This document shows positions 60,426-64,000 of a stretch of DNA of 64,000 nt, in pieces. The stretch lies in contig CALGTS010000015.1 in assembly GCA_937901925.1 (NCBI GenBank), positions 67,239 through 131,238 of the forward strand, in the 5' to 3' direction. The stretch's first letter is position 1. Every line of letters begins with the position of its first letter. The notes beneath the pieces are model-generated. The model did no database searches. It saw only the letters and a list, made by a program, of their open reading frames with translations, and was not told the origin of the DNA. Source of the DNA: an uncultured Bacteroidales bacterium (GTDB taxonomy: Bacteria > Bacteroidota > Bacteroidia > Bacteroidales > WCHB1-69). Made by a program: the position numbers and the translations under genes.

Positions 60426-61945
60426 CGTTTGATTATATTTAATGCTTTTTTAATCAATGAATTAATCTCATTTGAAATCTTCAAATAGTAAGTTAAAAAT
60501 ATGCCTAAACCTACTATTAGAACCGTTTTTAGCAAAGCTTCTATCATTCCATTAACAAATGAACTAAAATGCAAATTAGCAAATATTGAAGAGAGATTAT
60601 TTTGCCAAATTACATTGAGTAAAAATAACGAAACAACCAACAAAACCACCTTAATTTGAGAAAAAGAGAATGGAGAAGTTTTCATTTTCCAATTTATCAA
60701 AGAGAGAACACACAAATAGTAAATGAAGTAGGAGATAAAAGTTGCCAATGCCGCTCCGTTCATTCCAAAAATAGGAATCAATTTTATATTTAAAAATATA
60801 GCAGTAAAAGTTAAAATAAAGGTGAAAACAAGCGATAAATAGTACCAACGTGAGTAACTAAGTACTGAAATTCCAACACTTAACGAGGAGTTGAAAAGTT
60901 TTGACAAAGAGAGTATAAAAACCACCCACTTTCCAGTTCCATAACTATCTCCATTGGGAATTATTCCAAACAAAAAATCGATATTAACCCAAATAATTAA
61001 AAACACAAAAGAACCAGCCAATAATTGATGTAAAGAGACTTTTTTACACAAATTATTTGCCATTGTAATATCATTTTCTTTAATAGCGGCTGAGATTTGC
61101 GGCTGCGCAATCGTTCCCAAAGAGCGGTAAGGAACCTCTATCACGGCAGCAATATAGTTAGCAATAGCAAAAATTCCTGTAAAGGTTAGTCCCATCTTGG
61201 CGGAAACAAAAAATGTGTTGAGAATTGGCGTAATATTTCCTGCCAACGCTGCTGTTACTAAAAAAAGCGTATAAAAGGAAAAATTACGTACCAAGTCTTT
61301 GGTAAGAAATTTAAAATCAGGTTTAAAAGATATTTTCTTAATAGATAAAAGAAAAACTACATTCAACAAAGCAGCAATACCATAAACTACACAAAATGCA
61401 ATTACTAAACCTTTTAGCGTAATAATTCCAAATCCAAAAAGTAGATAACTAATAAGTAACATGGCTCGAACCCCTACCTCACGAATAAATTTGGGCCACG
61501 CTATCCGCATTAATACGTTGGAATTTACTTCAAAAACCGACATATAAAGCATAAAGAAAGATAGAGGTAACACAAAGTAGAAATAGTTGACAAAAAGTGG
61601 CGATTTTTCTGCGAAAATAGATACTAATTGTGTTTTAAAAATAAAAAAAACAGCAAGAAAAATAAAAAAACCGATAAATGGAATAATTAAACTCCAAAAG
61701 AAAATTCCATGATCTTGCTCCTCTTCATCTTTAAAATAGGGATAGAAACGAATCATAGAAGCGGTAGTTCCTAACTGTGCCAAGCCCGAAAAAAGAACTG
61801 CCGCATCTACCAAAACTCGAGTTAATCCAACTTGTTCCTCAGTGAGATAATGCGTTAAAATAAAAAAGGTCGTAACAAAACCAATGGCAATGCCCACATA
61901 ATTAGCCAAAGTTCCTCGTATCGATTGCCGCATTATTACTCCCAT
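60422..61945 (-). CDS. polysaccharide/oligosaccharide flippase (Wzx/MOP superfamily)
   Basis: 507 aa with about 14 TM helices. The start may be 61933 (MRQSIRGT). Confidence 0.7.
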   Translation of the reverse strand: MGVIMRQSIRGTLANYVGIAIGFVTTFFILTHYLTEEQVGLTRVLVDAAVLFSGLAQLGTTASMIRFYPYFKDEEEQDHGIFFWSLIIPFIGFFIFLAVFFIFKTQLVSIFAEKSPLFVNYFYFVLPLSFFMLYMSVFEVNSNVLMRIAWPKFIREVGVRAMLLISYLLFGFGIITLKGLVIAFCVVYGIAALLNVVFLLSIKKISFKPDFKFLTKDLVRNFSFYTLFLVTAALAGNITPILNTFFVSAKMGLTFTGIFAIANYIAAVIEVPYRSLGTIAQPQISAAIKENDITMANNLCKKVSLHQLLAGSFVFLIIWVNIDFLFGIIPNGDSYGTGKWVVFILSLSKLFNSSLSVGISVLSYSRWYYLSLVFTFILTFTAIFLNIKLIPIFGMNGAALATFISYFIYYLCVLSLINWKMKTSPFSFSQIKVVLLVVSLFLLNVIWQNNLSSIFANLHFSSFVNGMIEALLKTVLIVGLGIFLTYYLKISNEINSLIKKALNIIKR

Positions 61946-62089
61946 AATTCAATATTTAAAGTTGCAAATATCTATCTTTTTTTTGATTTGGCAATATTTG
62001 TGAAAAATAATTTTCAACATTTCAATGATTGAAAAAAATAAAAAAGGGACTACCTAACGATAGTCCCCTATTTTTCTATAACTAGAATT

Positions 62090-63706
62090 TTATTTAATAT
62101 TTGGTTCTTCCAAACCGAGGTTTTTCTTCTTATCCCAAGCTTTCAAAACGATACCCAAAATAAGAGCAGCCACGCCTAAGCAAGCTAACATAACCAAAGG
62201 CCAGGTATAATCCAATTTTGTAGCATCAGTAACGCCTTCATTTGTCTTATCCAAAACTTTACCAATAAGCAATGGGAACAACCACAAACCAATATTTTGA
62301 ATCCAGAAAATCAACGCGTAAGCGGAACCAATAATTTTTTCATCAACCAATTTTGGAACGCTTGGCCACAAAGATGCAGGAACCAAAGAGAATGAAGCAC
62401 CCAAAACTAAAATAGTTACATAAGCCACAATAGTTCCACCAATTGCACTACCTTTAAACATTGGCAATACAAATGCGAAAGTTAAGTGACAAACAATCAA
62501 TAACAAAGAACCAATCATCAACATTGAAGCGGCTTTTCCTTTTTTATCTACATAATTACCCAAAATAGGAGTAATTGCCACTGCCAACAATGGGAAAACA
62601 GCGAAAATAGATTCTGCAGTTCCTTTCATATAACCCATATAGCAATATACTACCAAAGCAACGATTGCAATAACCATAAACAGAGATTTCAAACTTGCTT
62701 TTTTCATAAAATTGCTTGAGAATGAGAAACCAGCAACTACAAGCATAATCAAATATTGAATAATAGTAACAGCTTCACCAGCCCAGAATGAACCTGCTTC
62801 TGGAAGTTGAAGTGTTAAGTTACATTGCAACATATTTACAGCATATTTTTGGAATGGGAAAATTGCAGAGTAATAAAGAACGCAAAGAAGAGCAACCAAC
62901 CAGAAACCAACACTGGTTAAAATTTTACCCAAGTCACTAATTTTGAAAGGATCGTCTTTTTCTTCTGCTTCGCCAGTTTGTGCGTCTAACTTATTATCCA
63001 TAAAGAAGTAAACAATAAACATAATCAAAGCAATACAGAGTAAAACAACGCCGAATGCTACAGAGCGAGAAACATCAACAGTACCGCCTAATTTTGCGAA
63101 GAATGGGGAGAAAATCATACAAGTTGCTACGCCTAAACGAGCCAAAGCCATTTCAGAACCCATTGCTAAAGCCATTTCACGACCTTTGAACCATTTTACA
63201 ATACCACGAGAAACTGTGATTCCTGCCATCTCAACACCGCAACCAAAAATCATAAAACCAACAGCTGCCAATTTTGCAGAAGCAGGCATTTCTCTATAAA
63301 ATGGTGCTACTCCTATCTCTTCAAATACGGGAATGTAATTAAGATTATTTGTAAACCAAGTTTCAAGACCACTGCCTACAAATGCACCATCAACAGCATA
63401 CCATTTAATTAAGGCTCCTACTAACATTACTGCTCCTGATAAAAGAGCTGTAAAACGCACGCCCATTTTATCCAAAATAATACCTGCAAAAATGAGGAAG
63501 AAAACAAATACATTCAAAAATGTTTCTGCCCCCTGCATAGTTCCGAAAGCGGTAGAATTCCAATTACGAGTAGTTACCATTAAGTCCTTAATTGGAGAAA
63601 GAATGTCCATAAAAATATATGAACAAAACATAGCTAATGCTAACAATAACAACGCTATCCAACGAATTGCAGCGTTGTCTCTCAAAGTTGTAAGTTTTTC
63701 TGTCAT
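62090..63706 (-). CDS. MFS transporter
   Basis: 538 aa with about 12-14 TM helices and a central hydrophilic loop. Confidence 0.75.
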   Translation of the reverse strand: MTEKLTTLRDNAAIRWIALLLLALAMFCSYIFMDILSPIKDLMVTTRNWNSTAFGTMQGAETFLNVFVFFLIFAGIILDKMGVRFTALLSGAVMLVGALIKWYAVDGAFVGSGLETWFTNNLNYIPVFEEIGVAPFYREMPASAKLAAVGFMIFGCGVEMAGITVSRGIVKWFKGREMALAMGSEMALARLGVATCMIFSPFFAKLGGTVDVSRSVAFGVVLLCIALIMFIVYFFMDNKLDAQTGEAEEKDDPFKISDLGKILTSVGFWLVALLCVLYYSAIFPFQKYAVNMLQCNLTLQLPEAGSFWAGEAVTIIQYLIMLVVAGFSFSSNFMKKASLKSLFMVIAIVALVVYCYMGYMKGTAESIFAVFPLLAVAITPILGNYVDKKGKAASMLMIGSLLLIVCHLTFAFVLPMFKGSAIGGTIVAYVTILVLGASFSLVPASLWPSVPKLVDEKIIGSAYALIFWIQNIGLWLFPLLIGKVLDKTNEGVTDATKLDYTWPLVMLACLGVAALILGIVLKAWDKKKNLGLEEPNIK

Positions 63707-63760
63707 AATTTTTTATTTTTGTGAATATTAATTTTCTTGAACGTGCAAAAGTATATTTTT

Positions 63761-63976
63761 TTATTCTTCACTCTTACTTTGGTTTGAATTTTTCACCAAA
63801 TCCATCGTTATATAGCCAATTGCTGCTCCCATAATTGAAATTATGTAGGGATTATTTTTAATAATCATCTCATTAAACTGCCCCGCTTTCCACCAATAAA
63901 TTAAGGCAAAAACTACACCTATAATAATTCCAATAATATGAATACCCGTAAGGTTCTTTTTAAAAAACTCTTTCAT
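63761..63976 (-). CDS. hypothetical small membrane protein (71 aa)
   Basis: Two predicted TM helices. Confidence 0.45.
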   Translation of the reverse strand: MKEFFKKNLTGIHIIGIIIGVVFALIYWWKAGQFNEMIIKNNPYIISIMGAAIGYITMDLVKNSNQSKSEE

Positions 63977-64000
63977 TATTCTTTCTCTTGTAATGCTTTA

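Overview
This is a low-GC chromosomal window with Bacteroidota hallmarks. TAnnTTTG -7 promoter boxes sit in front of many genes. There is a C-terminal sorting tail that I read as type IX secretion. Lipoprotein signal peptides end in Cys. About 85% of the window is ordinary core genome: M16 peptidase, gap, priA, a TPP-riboswitch-controlled thiamine operon, a MacAB-TolC-type efflux operon, folD, recA, ruvB, pstSCAB-phoU plus a porin, an oxyR/trx/prx module, meaB, DPP-IV, infC-rpmI-rplT, queD, era, yidD, and tRNA-Asp and tRNA-Cys. The one clearly accessory region is about 9.0 kb of unique DNA (30583-39563). Its base composition differs from the flanks, and it is bracketed by 541/542-nt direct repeats that duplicate the promoter and first ~118 codons of a DUF1295 membrane-protein gene. 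I found no integrase, transposase or relaxase in it. That topology fits a single-crossover (Campbell-type) insertion. The island has four parts. (i) A RiPP-like module: a 106-nt near-perfect hairpin between two promoter boxes, a 606-aa radical SAM/SPASM enzyme with a fused PqqD-like recognition domain and an unassigned C-terminal extension, and a 46-codon Cys-containing ORF that is absent from the ORF track and is followed by a stem-loop. (ii) A tightly packed 10-gene operon of mostly unknown proteins, including three YodC/DUF2158 modules, a lipoprotein whose C-terminal half resembles the Fibrobacter-succinogenes-paralogous domain, and an Amidohydro_2-like hydrolase. (iii) A reverse-oriented, possibly frameshifted small gene. 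(iv) About 670 bp of non-coding DNA with short direct repeats. The best candidate for an undescribed system is the radical-SAM/peptide module, possibly together with the adjacent unknown operon. All functional calls rest on motif recognition by eye. No searches were run.
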